Shown in pieces: positions 8,675-18,249 of a stretch of 64,000 nt of DNA. This DNA is from a virus. Taxonomy: Duplodnaviria; Caudoviricetes. The notes under the pieces were generated by a model. That model was not told the origin of the DNA. It saw only the letters and a program-made list of their open reading frames with translations, and made no database searches. How positions within the stretch are numbered: position 1 is the stretch's first letter; each line of letters opens with the position of its first letter. The stretch is taken from positions 1 to 64,000 of IMG/VR virus record IMGVR_UViG_2513237360_000007, one strand, 5' to 3'. The translations under genes were made by a program, and so were the position numbers.

Positions 8675-8839
8675 TTAATTCTTCTGCTCACGAATTAACC
8701 GTTCGCACTCTTCTGTTGATAATTTACAAATACATCCCTGACAACTTTTCCTTGTCACTGCACATCTATAAGCTTCGTCATATTCGTTCCCGTTACGAAA
8801 TGGAATAACTACAACATAAGGACAGTTATAAAAATCCAT
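8675..8839 (-). CDS. Small Cys-rich protein (54 aa, MDFYNCPY...CQGCICK)
   Basis: AGGAG RBS; stop inside boundary motif; below ORF-track cutoff. Confidence 0.6.
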   Translation of the reverse strand: MDFYNCPYVVVIPFRNGNEYDEAYRCAVTRKSCQGCICKLSTEECERLIREQKN

Positions 8840-8866
8840 AGTTTTCTCCTTTTAAAAATAGCGATT

Positions 8867-9058
8867 CTATTTCCTTTCACAAGACAAATACCCTTCAAGC
8901 CACTTATAACAATCCGATGACCTTTTAGTACATAACCAGCCAGCTTCATCAAAATCTGCAAGCATTTCTCGAACGGATTTCATCCCTTTCGCCTGTTCTT
9001 CATCACTACATATCTCTATTAACTTATCAATAGCATCCATCATTTCATCTGTTACCAT
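8867..9058 (-). CDS. Hypothetical protein (63 aa)
   Basis: AAGGAGG RBS. Confidence 0.65.
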   Translation of the reverse strand: MVTDEMMDAIDKLIEICSDEEQAKGMKSVREMLADFDEAGWLCTKRSSDCYKWLEGYLSCERK

Positions 9059-9317
9059 TGTTAGTTTCCTCCTTATCGAATCCTGATTTTATCTCTTGAT
9101 TCAACTTATTTTATGGTGATCCCTGTATTCTTTACACATCTGACGATCCCAAACACTCTTCTATAAGGTTCCATATTGTCATACTCATTTCTTCATCGTC
9201 CTCAATACTGTGTCCTACATATTCTTCTATCCGTTGCTTTTCATTAAGACTGAACGTCATCAATACATTTAAAATTTCTTTCAACGCTTCTCCTACTAAA
9301 CTACAATATTACATAAT

Positions 9318-9352
9318 AAAAAACCACTAACTCCATATTTAAGTTAGCGGTT
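9318..9352 (-). terminator. Rho-independent terminator downstream of GNAT gene
   Basis: AACCACTAACT(9322-9332)/AGTTAGCGGTT(9342-9352) stem, followed by a T run on the minus strand. Confidence 0.7.
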
Positions 9353-9427
9353 CCCTATTTACATATTATTAAAACTGGATTTTGTACGACAGCATATCAC
9401 CGTAACGATTATTACAACCGGAAATTA

Positions 9428-9955
9428 TCAATCTATATCAATCCAATATCTTTGCTCTGTTTTCCCTTGATTTTGAATCTCATTTTCCAAGATTCCACCA
9501 TTGTTTTGAATGGATTTTGCTGAGCCGATATTATCCTTGTCGCATACCATTAGAACCTTATGAATTCCAAGTATTTTGCATTCTTCTAATGCTAATGCAA
9601 TCATTTTTGTGGCATATCCTTTTCTTCTTTCCGATGGTCGAATTCCATCACCGATATGACCCCCAAATTGTAGTAAATAATCATTTAAATAGTGGCGAAT
9701 ATTCACAGCACCAACAATAATATTTCTTTCGTTATCCAAACAAAAAAATGTTGAATCTGGAACCATTCCTTCTCCAGCTTTCTTACAATCTAGATTTGAA
9801 ATGTAGGATGTAAAATTGTGGTAGTCATTTCTGAAAATTGCCCAAGGAGAATGATTGGCAGATGCATGGTTATTATTATAATCAATCCATTCTTCCAGCA
9901 TATTTACTATTAAATTTTCATACTGAGCACTTGCCTTTACTAATCTTAACGCCAT
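9428..9955 (-). CDS. GNAT-family N-acetyltransferase (moron-like)
   Basis: IVGAVNIRHYLN..L..FGGHIGDGIRPSERRKGYAT, NIGSAKSIQNNGG motifs. Confidence 0.92.
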   Translation of the reverse strand: MALRLVKASAQYENLIVNMLEEWIDYNNNHASANHSPWAIFRNDYHNFTSYISNLDCKKAGEGMVPDSTFFCLDNERNIIVGAVNIRHYLNDYLLQFGGHIGDGIRPSERRKGYATKMIALALEECKILGIHKVLMVCDKDNIGSAKSIQNNGGILENEIQNQGKTEQRYWIDID

Positions 9956-10007
9956 AATTTATCATCCTCCACAAATACCATTTTCTATTTACAATATACA
10001 CCCGAAT

Positions 10008-10035
10008 ATACTAACTATCAATATAAACTTGTCAA
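10008..10035 (-). promoter_or_regulatory. Putative sigmaA promoter of GNAT gene
   Basis: TTGACA-16 nt-TAGTAT on minus strand. Confidence 0.45.
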
Positions 10036-10130
10036 GGTTCATTTACACTTTCAATATCGATTTTGTAAACTTAATTGTCCCATATATGCAACTATCTCTG
10101 GGACAACCATCTCTATCAATCTTAACCGTC

Positions 10131-10661
10131 TCACTCTGCCCCCTTAAATGGCTCCGGTAAAGGCATCCAGGCTAACACTTCGTCTATTGGGTAGAAGATA
10201 TGATTCAAATCTCCTAAGGCCGAAAATGCTGATGTCATCTCATATTCGCATTCCTGGTCTGCATATTCCCACTCTTTTTCATCGATATATCTCGCCTCAC
10301 ATGTCTCCAACCATTCGGGATGCGTGCATTGATCTCTATGTCTGGGATCTGCAATCCATTTATGATGCATAATCGTAACGAGAACCCTAACCTCTTTTTG
10401 TGGCAGCCGCTCCATCACCGAAATCCACCGTTGTTTCCACTGCTCCTCCTGAAACGCTGCCAAACAGTGCGCGGTCCGGGGTTTTTCAAAGTTATTCAGT
10501 TCCTCAATCTGATCGGTACCCTCATACTCCATCAGCTTCCAGAGGGCACCGTACAGCTTCTCGGATACCTCCTGAGTGATTGTCTGCCCAACATGTAGCT
10601 GCTCCCATTTCACGCCTCGCAGACTCCAGTTGCCTTGATCGTCTTTCTGCGTTAGTCTCAT
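10131..10661 (-). CDS. Phage protein with DUF551-like C-terminal domain
   Basis: WISVMERLP...VLAWMPLPEPFK signature. Confidence 0.8.
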   Translation of the reverse strand: MRLTQKDDQGNWSLRGVKWEQLHVGQTITQEVSEKLYGALWKLMEYEGTDQIEELNNFEKPRTAHCLAAFQEEQWKQRWISVMERLPQKEVRVLVTIMHHKWIADPRHRDQCTHPEWLETCEARYIDEKEWEYADQECEYEMTSAFSALGDLNHIFYPIDEVLAWMPLPEPFKGAE

Positions 10662-10772
10662 TCTGCTCCTTCCTCTACTAAATCTTTGCTTTCTGATGTA
10701 TACTCCAATACTCCCTGGGTAGGCATCCCCACAATTCCATTACAGCTATCCTTTACTTTGTAAGCTATATTT

Positions 10773-11375
10773 TCAAAATAATTTCATTACCGCCCTTATT
10801 TTTTTTGATACATATCTCCTATGTAAGAAGCATAAATGTTTCCATGTGTCAATATTAAATCGGATTCTCATTTGATATAAAAATATCTCAGAAATCTTTT
10901 CCATGAAATCCCGCGGAAGGATATCCTGCTTAATACTATTACAGACCCTGCAGGTTGCTTGCAAGTTATCTAAATCATTAGTTCCGCCCTTTGATAAGGG
11001 AATAATATGATCGACTGTAAATTCATCAACCCCCATGAATCTCCCACATAAAACGCAGCGACCTTTTGATTTTGCATAAATGACTTTTCTTTCAGCTGGC
11101 TCGAATCGCCTTCTTTTTGACATCGTTCTTATATCCATCGCAGCATCTTCATTCAATGACATGATATAGAAATTTTTTAATTTTCTGGTTGCTTTATTCA
11201 GCACGGCCCTTGCTTCTTCAGAACTTGAAAACTGTTGTGCCTTTCGCTTACTGCTTGTCTTATTAATTTTCCCCCCAGTACTATAGGACATATACTGCGT
11301 GCCATTTGTGATCACATAATTCAAGAATCTACCTTTCTTCATTCCTTTCCCCTGGCTATGAAGCCAAGTCTTCAT
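10773..11375 (-). CDS. HNH endonuclease
   Basis: CVLCG...TVDHIIPLSKGGTNDLDNLQATCRVCN. Confidence 0.92.
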   Translation of the reverse strand: MKTWLHSQGKGMKKGRFLNYVITNGTQYMSYSTGGKINKTSSKRKAQQFSSSEEARAVLNKATRKLKNFYIMSLNEDAAMDIRTMSKRRRFEPAERKVIYAKSKGRCVLCGRFMGVDEFTVDHIIPLSKGGTNDLDNLQATCRVCNSIKQDILPRDFMEKISEIFLYQMRIRFNIDTWKHLCFLHRRYVSKKIRAVMKLF

Positions 11376-11467
11376 TCACATCATCAATATCATGACATTG
11401 ATTCCACAGCGTCAGACTAGCATGATCTGTCTGTACACCCTCGGTTTTACCACCCACTCTATTTCCT

Positions 11468-12094
11468 CTAGTGTTTCTTAAACCAGACCGACTGCCCGGG
11501 TTTCAAACTCCAGCAAGAGTTCTCTGTTGTCACGCATTTGCCGCAGTAGCCAGTGCATTCAATCGCATCATCAGGTATCTCACATTCTGAATCGTTCAGT
11601 CGGACCCAGGAAGTGGGGAGATTATGCGGATTCTCACATCTCCATCTCCCCCAATTACTAAAGACCAAAATCAAATTTGACGGTTTCCTTCGCCTGTCCA
11701 AATACTCATTGACCAATTCATATTTCTTAGTGAAACAAAGGAATCTGGTAAACCTATGTTTCCGTGCCAATTTGCACATCAACTCTAAATACTGCTGATC
11801 AGGTATATCACCGCTTGAATGCCATCTGAAATACTTGTACGGGACCATGGTTAATACCGAATCAATCACATTGAAATACCCCTGCGGATTATCTTGGTAG
11901 GCCATTAAGTTTTTTCTTAAACTTTCCTTCACACGATCAAATGCAAAATTCCCTCGTAAAGCGTAGCATTTACGATTACAGGGAGCATCCCTCCTACAGG
12001 TCTCACCCACAGGAAGATTAACACTTGCAATGCTGGCTCCCAATTTTGAGATTCCCGTGGATATTCTCGGATAAACAAGTTTATCACTTTTCAT
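11468..12094 (-). CDS. GP88-like (radical-SAM-related) phage protein
   Basis: LPVGETC....PC...CYA; FRWHSSGD; WCFTK-like CFTKK; C-terminal CxGxCGxC. Confidence 0.7.
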   Translation of the reverse strand: MKSDKLVYPRISTGISKLGASIASVNLPVGETCRRDAPCNRKCYALRGNFAFDRVKESLRKNLMAYQDNPQGYFNVIDSVLTMVPYKYFRWHSSGDIPDQQYLELMCKLARKHRFTRFLCFTKKYELVNEYLDRRRKPSNLILVFSNWGRWRCENPHNLPTSWVRLNDSECEIPDDAIECTGYCGKCVTTENSCWSLKPGQSVWFKKH

Positions 12095-12114
12095 GCTTAA
12101 CCTCCCCGGTATAA

Positions 12115-13146
12115 TTAAAAGATTTCATAGTCATATACATCATTAAAACAAATATTTCCGTTTTCTAAAAAAAACTTTCCCCAGGCGCTCTCGGCCGAAG
12201 ATGAATTAACGCAATACTCAGATTCACATCCTCCGTCATTAACATAAACCAGTAAATAAACAACTTTTTCTTTTTTAGATCCTTTTCTATAGGAATATGT
12301 ATCCATATCATCAAACCAGTCTTCTACACCGCATTTATATCCACCTCCATATGATCGTTCGTAATCATGCCAAACACCATAGGATCTTTCTATGTATTCA
12401 TACTGTTTGCTTTCAACAAGAAGAAGCCGCTTGACCACCTCTATCGTATTCAGCATTTCTTCGACTACCACTTCTTCTTTTACTGTATGTGCATAATAAT
12501 ATCCACAGCTCAAATTAACAGCAGCTATGCCACATTGGGGAGCTATAATGCTAATATCAGAAAAGGTACCATAGCACTCCTTAAATCCCGTTTCTTTTAT
12601 GATGAATTCTGTAAACTCCGGATTATCGCACTCATAGAATACCGCATCATTTGCGTGTGCCCGGTCAAGTTCAATCAAATAATGCAGCGAGTTTAACTCA
12701 TATAAGAGATCTGTATCACAAAATTTCCCACTTCCAACTCCACCGATTTCTTCGTCCTCGCAGAAAAGAACGGAGCATTTATACTCTTCCACGATTTTTA
12801 GAATTATATAGATACCACACCTGTCATCGCCCCCTATTCCTTGGGGTGAACTAATAATATGTTGCCCCTCAATAATTTGTTCATAGAAATTATACACTGT
12901 CGATTTATGCACAGTATCCATATGGGCGGTAAGAAGAACAGGAATTGTCCCCTTTGCGTATATGAACCCATCACCGACTGCGATATCCGTATAACCAGCA
13001 GCAATCAATGCTCTCGGAAGAAACTCTTTAAGTTGCACCTGTGTCATTTTACAAAGTTTTATAAAATCTGGCACTATGGAAAAATTTATCCCAATGCCAT
13101 TTTCGTTTTTGTATAGTTTTCCTTTTGTTTTCCCACTTTTGCTCAT
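12115..13146 (-). CDS. M28/M20-clan zinc peptidase-like protein
   Basis: AHMDTVH, GGDDRCG, DEEIGGVGS, IELDR, GYYYAHTVKE metal-ligand motifs. Confidence 0.85.
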   Translation of the reverse strand: MSKSGKTKGKLYKNENGIGINFSIVPDFIKLCKMTQVQLKEFLPRALIAAGYTDIAVGDGFIYAKGTIPVLLTAHMDTVHKSTVYNFYEQIIEGQHIISSPQGIGGDDRCGIYIILKIVEEYKCSVLFCEDEEIGGVGSGKFCDTDLLYELNSLHYLIELDRAHANDAVFYECDNPEFTEFIIKETGFKECYGTFSDISIIAPQCGIAAVNLSCGYYYAHTVKEEVVVEEMLNTIEVVKRLLLVESKQYEYIERSYGVWHDYERSYGGGYKCGVEDWFDDMDTYSYRKGSKKEKVVYLLVYVNDGGCESEYCVNSSSAESAWGKFFLENGNICFNDVYDYEIF

Positions 13147-13159
13147 GCTATTTCCTTCC

Positions 13160-15334
13160 TCAGGCAGCAGGGCTATTTATTCCCGCTTCATCTTCGTTTT
13201 CTTCAAGAATATCATCCACACAATCATCGCAACAATCATGGTCACTATTCCAGGCGGAGTCATGTACTAAAGATTCGCAATGCTCACAATGATGAACTTC
13301 ATTCTGTGGATACCACTCTCCGCTCTCTACCATGCGGTACCCATCAAGATAAGCGCAACTCGAATTACAGTAACTCCGACCGTCCTCTGTCTCGACTGAA
13401 TCACCATATATATAATAAAAGGCACCGCAGGAATCACATTCACGAAATTCCGGCTCATCTAGTGCGTTGTCACATACGTTTCCATATCCAACTATGTGAT
13501 TGCCACTGCCAATTTCCCACTCACTATGATAACTACAATAGAAGCAACAATTTTCGCAGTACCACTCGCCATCAATATAATGCATATCATCGGTATTATT
13601 TTCCTCTTCACATTCACAGCAGATTTCTCTGGCAAAACACTGATCACACTCAATTGTTTTTTCTTCCATATGTTCTCTTCCACAGCGGGGACAGATTGGG
13701 GCATGTCCAACGCTTATTCTTTTGATATTTACCCCTCCGTCAGCGTTTTTAAGGTAACTGACATTGCAATCTTTAAAATACAAGTAGTCCGTATAGTGCA
13801 CCCCATAAGTATCTATTACGTTATTACATTCCGAGGGTCCTTTCTTGTTTACCCAAATGTTTGGTCGATTCATACAGTCAGATATGACTTTTTGAACTAT
13901 TTCACGTACTTCTTGATAGAAAGAGTTTTCTCCATCTGTCGCTTGCGGATAAATACGTCCCTGCACAATCTTATCTTCACCCAAATGGAACATATTCCTG
14001 TTGATTTTGGGCTCTAATTCTAATTGATCTCCCGTATAAGAACTATCGACCGTGTAGAATACCATACTTGTACCATCAAGCATATATGATAGTGTCCCAC
14101 CTGAATAGCAGCCCTCATAAGCATGTTCCATACCGCGCTTGTTCTCCTTATCAATAGTATGGCAACTAGCCCAACTATTCCCAAAAGACATAGTAAAATA
14201 ATCTATTGGGTGGCAGCTAAGTATTGTATGTCTTGTGATTTTAAGTGGATTTATTGCGTCTGAATATTGCGCGAACCTTCTCTGATATTCCGGATCCTTG
14301 TCGATACCAATAAAGTGGCAAAATTTATTTACAATTCTTGATGTTTTTTGTCCTGCAACAGCCTTCAATGTGGGGGATATTGCATTTATAACATCGGCCA
14401 TAAACACATCTATAAACTGATCTTTATAGTTCATTAATTGTAGAGAAAAATCTCTTACTTTGCTCAATAAACCTAAAGATTCTGATGTATATAACTCACT
14501 GGGGCAACCAGACCAGCCACATAAATGCGCCCGATTGGCTTCTTCAAATTTATTGACTTTTTCTGTAAAGAAACTATGATTTTTAACACACTCAAGGTAG
14601 TAGTCCTTCAGATATAGCCCTCCATGAGCTCTTATAGTATTGTAGGCGCTAATAATTTTATACATTCGATCTCTGATATCAACGGACTCTTGATAGCTAT
14701 GGCAACCAATCATGTATTTCTTTCTAATATTCTGAGACCATCTGCGGATGTACCCACTAAAGTCTTCTAATATTTTACTGTCGCATATTCTATTATAATC
14801 CTCGTCAAAGGCTATTTGATATTTCCCATTGTAATTAGGATGCCTCGATATCAAAAGAATTAGATCTCCTTTTTTTTCTGCCCATTCATCCAATATTTTA
14901 TTGCATCCACTAATAGTTGGATGATACTCGTATTCATTGAGAAGTGCCATCATCTCCTCGAGCAGCTCATCCCTCCGTTCCTCAGTCAATACAAATTTTT
15001 CTCCTGCAACAATCTCCTTCATATATGCATGATCGCCGCAGGGGAGAGGTACATTCTTTGACAAATCATCATATCCCGGCACTTTCTCCGCATTGGGGTA
15101 AATACTGAAAAACTCCTCCTCTGATATTGGATGAATCCTGCGAATATCGACCGTATCTATGTAACCAAGATTTTTGCCAAATCGACTAGCTATAATCTCA
15201 ACGGATACCTGTCCATCACAATCTACCTCTTCATCAATCAACCTCAAAAGTGTTCCATGGTCTGATCTAAGACTGCATTCATCTCCTCTATATAAATTTC
15301 CTACAGCATATTTTTCATACATAATTTTTTCCAC
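13160..15334 (-). CDS. Large hypothetical protein (724 aa) with Cys-rich C-terminal repeats
   Basis: SCHPIDY..MS.GNSWASCH and GRIYP motifs; many CxxC pairs in last 180 aa; adjacent to the peptidase. Confidence 0.85.
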   Translation of the reverse strand: MEKIMYEKYAVGNLYRGDECSLRSDHGTLLRLIDEEVDCDGQVSVEIIASRFGKNLGYIDTVDIRRIHPISEEEFFSIYPNAEKVPGYDDLSKNVPLPCGDHAYMKEIVAGEKFVLTEERRDELLEEMMALLNEYEYHPTISGCNKILDEWAEKKGDLILLISRHPNYNGKYQIAFDEDYNRICDSKILEDFSGYIRRWSQNIRKKYMIGCHSYQESVDIRDRMYKIISAYNTIRAHGGLYLKDYYLECVKNHSFFTEKVNKFEEANRAHLCGWSGCPSELYTSESLGLLSKVRDFSLQLMNYKDQFIDVFMADVINAISPTLKAVAGQKTSRIVNKFCHFIGIDKDPEYQRRFAQYSDAINPLKITRHTILSCHPIDYFTMSFGNSWASCHTIDKENKRGMEHAYEGCYSGGTLSYMLDGTSMVFYTVDSSYTGDQLELEPKINRNMFHLGEDKIVQGRIYPQATDGENSFYQEVREIVQKVISDCMNRPNIWVNKKGPSECNNVIDTYGVHYTDYLYFKDCNVSYLKNADGGVNIKRISVGHAPICPRCGREHMEEKTIECDQCFAREICCECEEENNTDDMHYIDGEWYCENCCFYCSYHSEWEIGSGNHIVGYGNVCDNALDEPEFRECDSCGAFYYIYGDSVETEDGRSYCNSSCAYLDGYRMVESGEWYPQNEVHHCEHCESLVHDSAWNSDHDCCDDCVDDILEENEDEAGINSPAA

Positions 15335-15359
15335 CTTTCGTCAATACATCCAATGAGCT

Positions 15360-15638
15360 CTAATTTAGTTCCATTACATCTATAACCACATTTTTGTTGA
15401 TTTCAAAATCAGCAAATTTAACAACAACTCTTGTGCCGTCAGGTAACTCTGGCGGGTCACTGATTTCTACAGCCTCTCCATTATCCAGGACAATGATTGA
15501 GCCCCAATCATAAGCAGTTCCGCATTCAATGCTGAGGCTCAAAATAGGCTCGGCAGCAAAAGTTTTCGTAGTCAAAGTCCCAATTTGGGCAACAAAAACC
15601 ACACCCAACGCCAAAAACCTTAGGATCTTATTTGCCAT
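15360..15638 (-). CDS. Small exported/membrane protein (92 aa)
   Basis: Signal-peptide-like N-terminus ending TFA-A; GGAG RBS. Confidence 0.65.
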   Translation of the reverse strand: MANKILRFLALGVVFVAQIGTLTTKTFAAEPILSLSIECGTAYDWGSIIVLDNGEAVEISDPPELPDGTRVVVKFADFEINKNVVIDVMELN

Positions 15639-15857
15639 ATTCAGTTATCTCCTTTTGAAAAAGTTGTGACGATTGTCACGAATAATTAGATATGTTAATT
15701 TCCAGATAATCCAACCTATTGGTATGATGACATCAGATGCTTTGAGCCTAAAGCCCTATTCATTGGATTCCAATATTTGTCCACATCCCTCTGCCCCCTT
15801 CCATTCAATGTTTTGGTAAATACCTTTTTTCCAATCACAATATCTCCCCGCATACTT

Positions 15858-16005
15858 TTATTTCACCTTGATCCCTGTAATTTCTTCAAAAATTTTCACA
15901 TCAAAATTAGGGATCTCTTTAATGATATTTTTCTGTTGGCCAGATAAACTATTCCACCATAACTGACTACGGTCTTTTTCATTAAGTTCTTTCTGATAAC
16001 CTCCT
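15858..16005 (-). pseudogene. Remnant C-terminus of a phage repeat-protein family (GGYQKEL...WWNSLS...IPNFD.KIFEEITGIKV)
   Basis: Recognisable C-terminal motif, but in-frame TAG just upstream and no start codon. Confidence 0.45.
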
Positions 16006-16114
16006 AGACCTCTCTATACCTGGTCCGTTTCATATCAATAAAATTTGTGGGAGTTGTCACATAGAAACCATGTGTTTCAGATTTGAAAATAGACATATAT
16101 CTCATGTCTTTTTA

Positions 16115-16143
16115 GTTATATCACTTTTAAAGTTATATGTCAA
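16115..16143 (-). promoter_or_regulatory. Strong sigmaA promoter overlapped by an imperfect palindrome (candidate operator)
   Basis: TTGACA-17 nt-TATAAC with TG extension; ATATAACTTT/AAAGTGATAT dyad in the spacer. Confidence 0.75.
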
Positions 16144-16171
16144 TGTTTTTTCCAAACATTCGTTCTCCTTT

Positions 16172-17122
16172 TTACGCCACAATTGAAATTTTGTTATCAA
16201 CATAGGCAAATCTGTTACGGCTCCCAAAACGCTCTTTCAGCAGATCATCAGCATACAGCACACATGCAACCCTATAATTCCGATTTGGATAGGCCAAATG
16301 AGCCCGCTCTTTAAATGCCGTGGGCGAACTTTCCCTTAGCAAGGTTCCAAATATATTAACTATCTTACGTTCTTCCCCATATGCCTGGAAAATGTATTTC
16401 ATTGTTCTCATGGTATAGGTGGAATAACCAAAGGTTTCCATATCCCAGCCAGCATGGTGAATCACCTTGAACGCAAATTCCAACCCTTTCGGCCCATTCG
16501 TTTTTACAATGTCTAAGGCATCCAGATAGGATTTGAGATATACCTTTCCGTCTCTCCTCTCCTTTGTTGTTGGACTTATCAAAACACCATACTTCCTTGA
16601 CAGCGTATCAACTACGGATACAATAGGATCATTCAGAACAAGGGCTGCCGTATGCTGGTGTATTGCCTTCATTGGGCGTACCTCGTCATACTGTCCGCGG
16701 AAAAGCTCCGCTCCGTATCTCTCTATCTCATCATCTCCCACACTTAAATGGACATTTGCCAGGACATATTCACGCCCACACATCTGTGCAGCTATTACCC
16801 TGCCCATCCCCTCACACACATCAAAACTCCCTTTCTGAGGATTTGGTATGATATCTATATATCCAGCCTTTCTTAGATCAAAGTTCTGGCTTAAGGAGAG
16901 AATTTTATCTTCATTCAGAAAATGGATTCTATCGACTTGATATCTGGGAAAGTTTAGCATTGTAAGCGGAACTTTAGCTGTCCCTAAAATATCTCGTCCA
17001 TCTTCCGTTACCATTACATCAACATTTGCCAGCAGATCATTCATCCTTTCATGGTTTCCGACCCTGTTAAAATACTCCTCTGCTATTTCATAAATCCTTT
17101 TTACCATACTATATCCCTCCAT
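16172..17122 (-). CDS. ParB/Srx-like (DUF6551-like) protein
   Basis: YQVDR..., IDIIPNP...FDVCEGMGRVIAA resembles a degenerate ParB-N DGxHR motif. Confidence 0.5.
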   Translation of the reverse strand: MEGYSMVKRIYEIAEEYFNRVGNHERMNDLLANVDVMVTEDGRDILGTAKVPLTMLNFPRYQVDRIHFLNEDKILSLSQNFDLRKAGYIDIIPNPQKGSFDVCEGMGRVIAAQMCGREYVLANVHLSVGDDEIERYGAELFRGQYDEVRPMKAIHQHTAALVLNDPIVSVVDTLSRKYGVLISPTTKERRDGKVYLKSYLDALDIVKTNGPKGLEFAFKVIHHAGWDMETFGYSTYTMRTMKYIFQAYGEERKIVNIFGTLLRESSPTAFKERAHLAYPNRNYRVACVLYADDLLKERFGSRNRFAYVDNKISIVA

Positions 17123-17383
17123 TTATTTTTCTCTGCTTTTTGTATATGTAACACCAATCAACACACATAGAAATTTCCCTTCTCCGTTCCTAAGACCCTT
17201 ATTCCTGGCACGCTTTGCGTTTCCGTATATTCATGCTTATACCGGACTTTCACCTTACATTTACTTTCCCTTCGCCCGAAGGTATTTGATGTATAGTCAG
17301 GGCATACCCAAAGGGAGATCCAGGGAGCCGAGGTTATCTAATGGCAATATGAACCTATCACCGGTCTTTCATTTGCCTTATGA

Positions 17384-17584
17384 TCAATCCGTTGGGACCT
17401 TCCGTACCGGTTCCAGTGACGCAACAACCATCTTATGTACTGACGCTATAGTGCAATAATCACATTTTATGTTTATCCCTCTGCAGCAACATATATCACA
17501 GCTATGTTTAAAGCTGCTCATTGCTTCCTGTGCGGAAGTACATTGCATCTGATAATTAACCCCTACCTGCTCAAACTTAGTCAT
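17384..17584 (-). CDS. Small Cys-rich phage protein (66 aa)
   Basis: AAGGAG RBS; SCDICCCRG..CDYC. Confidence 0.7.
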   Translation of the reverse strand: MTKFEQVGVNYQMQCTSAQEAMSSFKHSCDICCCRGINIKCDYCTIASVHKMVVASLEPVRKVPTD

Positions 17585-17625
17585 TTTCCTTGTCTCCTTC
17601 TATATTGGTATTAGCTAAAGCGCCT

Positions 17626-17934
17626 TTAGCTCAGCGCATCATGTATTAATCCTAAAACCTCATCCTCTCCCGCCCATTGATTCCTTCCGCCAACATAATC
17701 GGTCAATGACCTAGCTTCGCGGTACAGGACCTTATCTCTTAATGGACCATAGCAGCTGCTTTCCGTGTTTATGTACATGATTTTTCCATTACCTGCATTA
17801 AGGATGAAACCACTTGCTCCTCTGACGGTTCCGTTTATTCTGATCGGTTGTACATGGCATTCAAAACCCGGATCCAGCTTTCTCATATGTGCCTTTATCT
17901 TTCTACTCGTCAACATAATATTTCCTTTCTGCAT
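17626..17934 (-). CDS. Hypothetical phage protein (102 aa)
   Basis: ORF; start may be downstream. Confidence 0.65.
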   Translation of the reverse strand: MQKGNIMLTSRKIKAHMRKLDPGFECHVQPIRINGTVRGASGFILNAGNGKIMYINTESSCYGPLRDKVLYREARSLTDYVGGRNQWAGEDEVLGLIHDALS

Positions 17935-18249
17935 GGCAGGGATATTGTGCTTACCCCGCCTTGACTACGCCATGGCCAAAACAAAAGTGTTTCGTAACCA
18001 TCAAATCTCCCTCCCTTCCTTTTGGATTGTGTGGGTGATTTTTTGTTTCACAGCACATCATAAAAGAGCAGAACTATCCTGTTTTCTGCTCTCCTGACTG
18101 TGCCATTCTATCCAACTGTGCTATTCGCTTTTCTGCATTCCCCCTCTATTATTGAATCAGTTGCCGTCCAGCGCCTTCCCTGACATTTGCCCAGGCATTC
18201 TGTTAAAGGCAAATTAACCCTGTGATTCCCCGGCATTCCTGATTCGCGA

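Larger units (their letters stand above)
1686..10062. repeat. Dispersed 11-bp gene-boundary motif, consensus + strand AAATNYYARTT (minus AAYTRRNATTT), about 20 copies
   Basis: Copies start at 1686, 4123, 4348, 4523, 4755, 5117, 5165, 5444, 5492, 5844, 6258, 6710, 6936, 7179, 7331, 7427, 7531, 8442, 8670, 8856, 9078, 10052 (some with 1-2 mismatches). Confidence 0.75.

Noticed and set aside
10773-11375. HNH gene as the intron's homing endonuclease in trans
   Set aside because: It is 37 kb away in the early region and nothing links it to the TMP site; free-standing HNH genes are common in phages
13306-14017. Plus-strand ORFs of 139 and 173 aa
   Set aside because: Antisense shadows of the 724-aa gene
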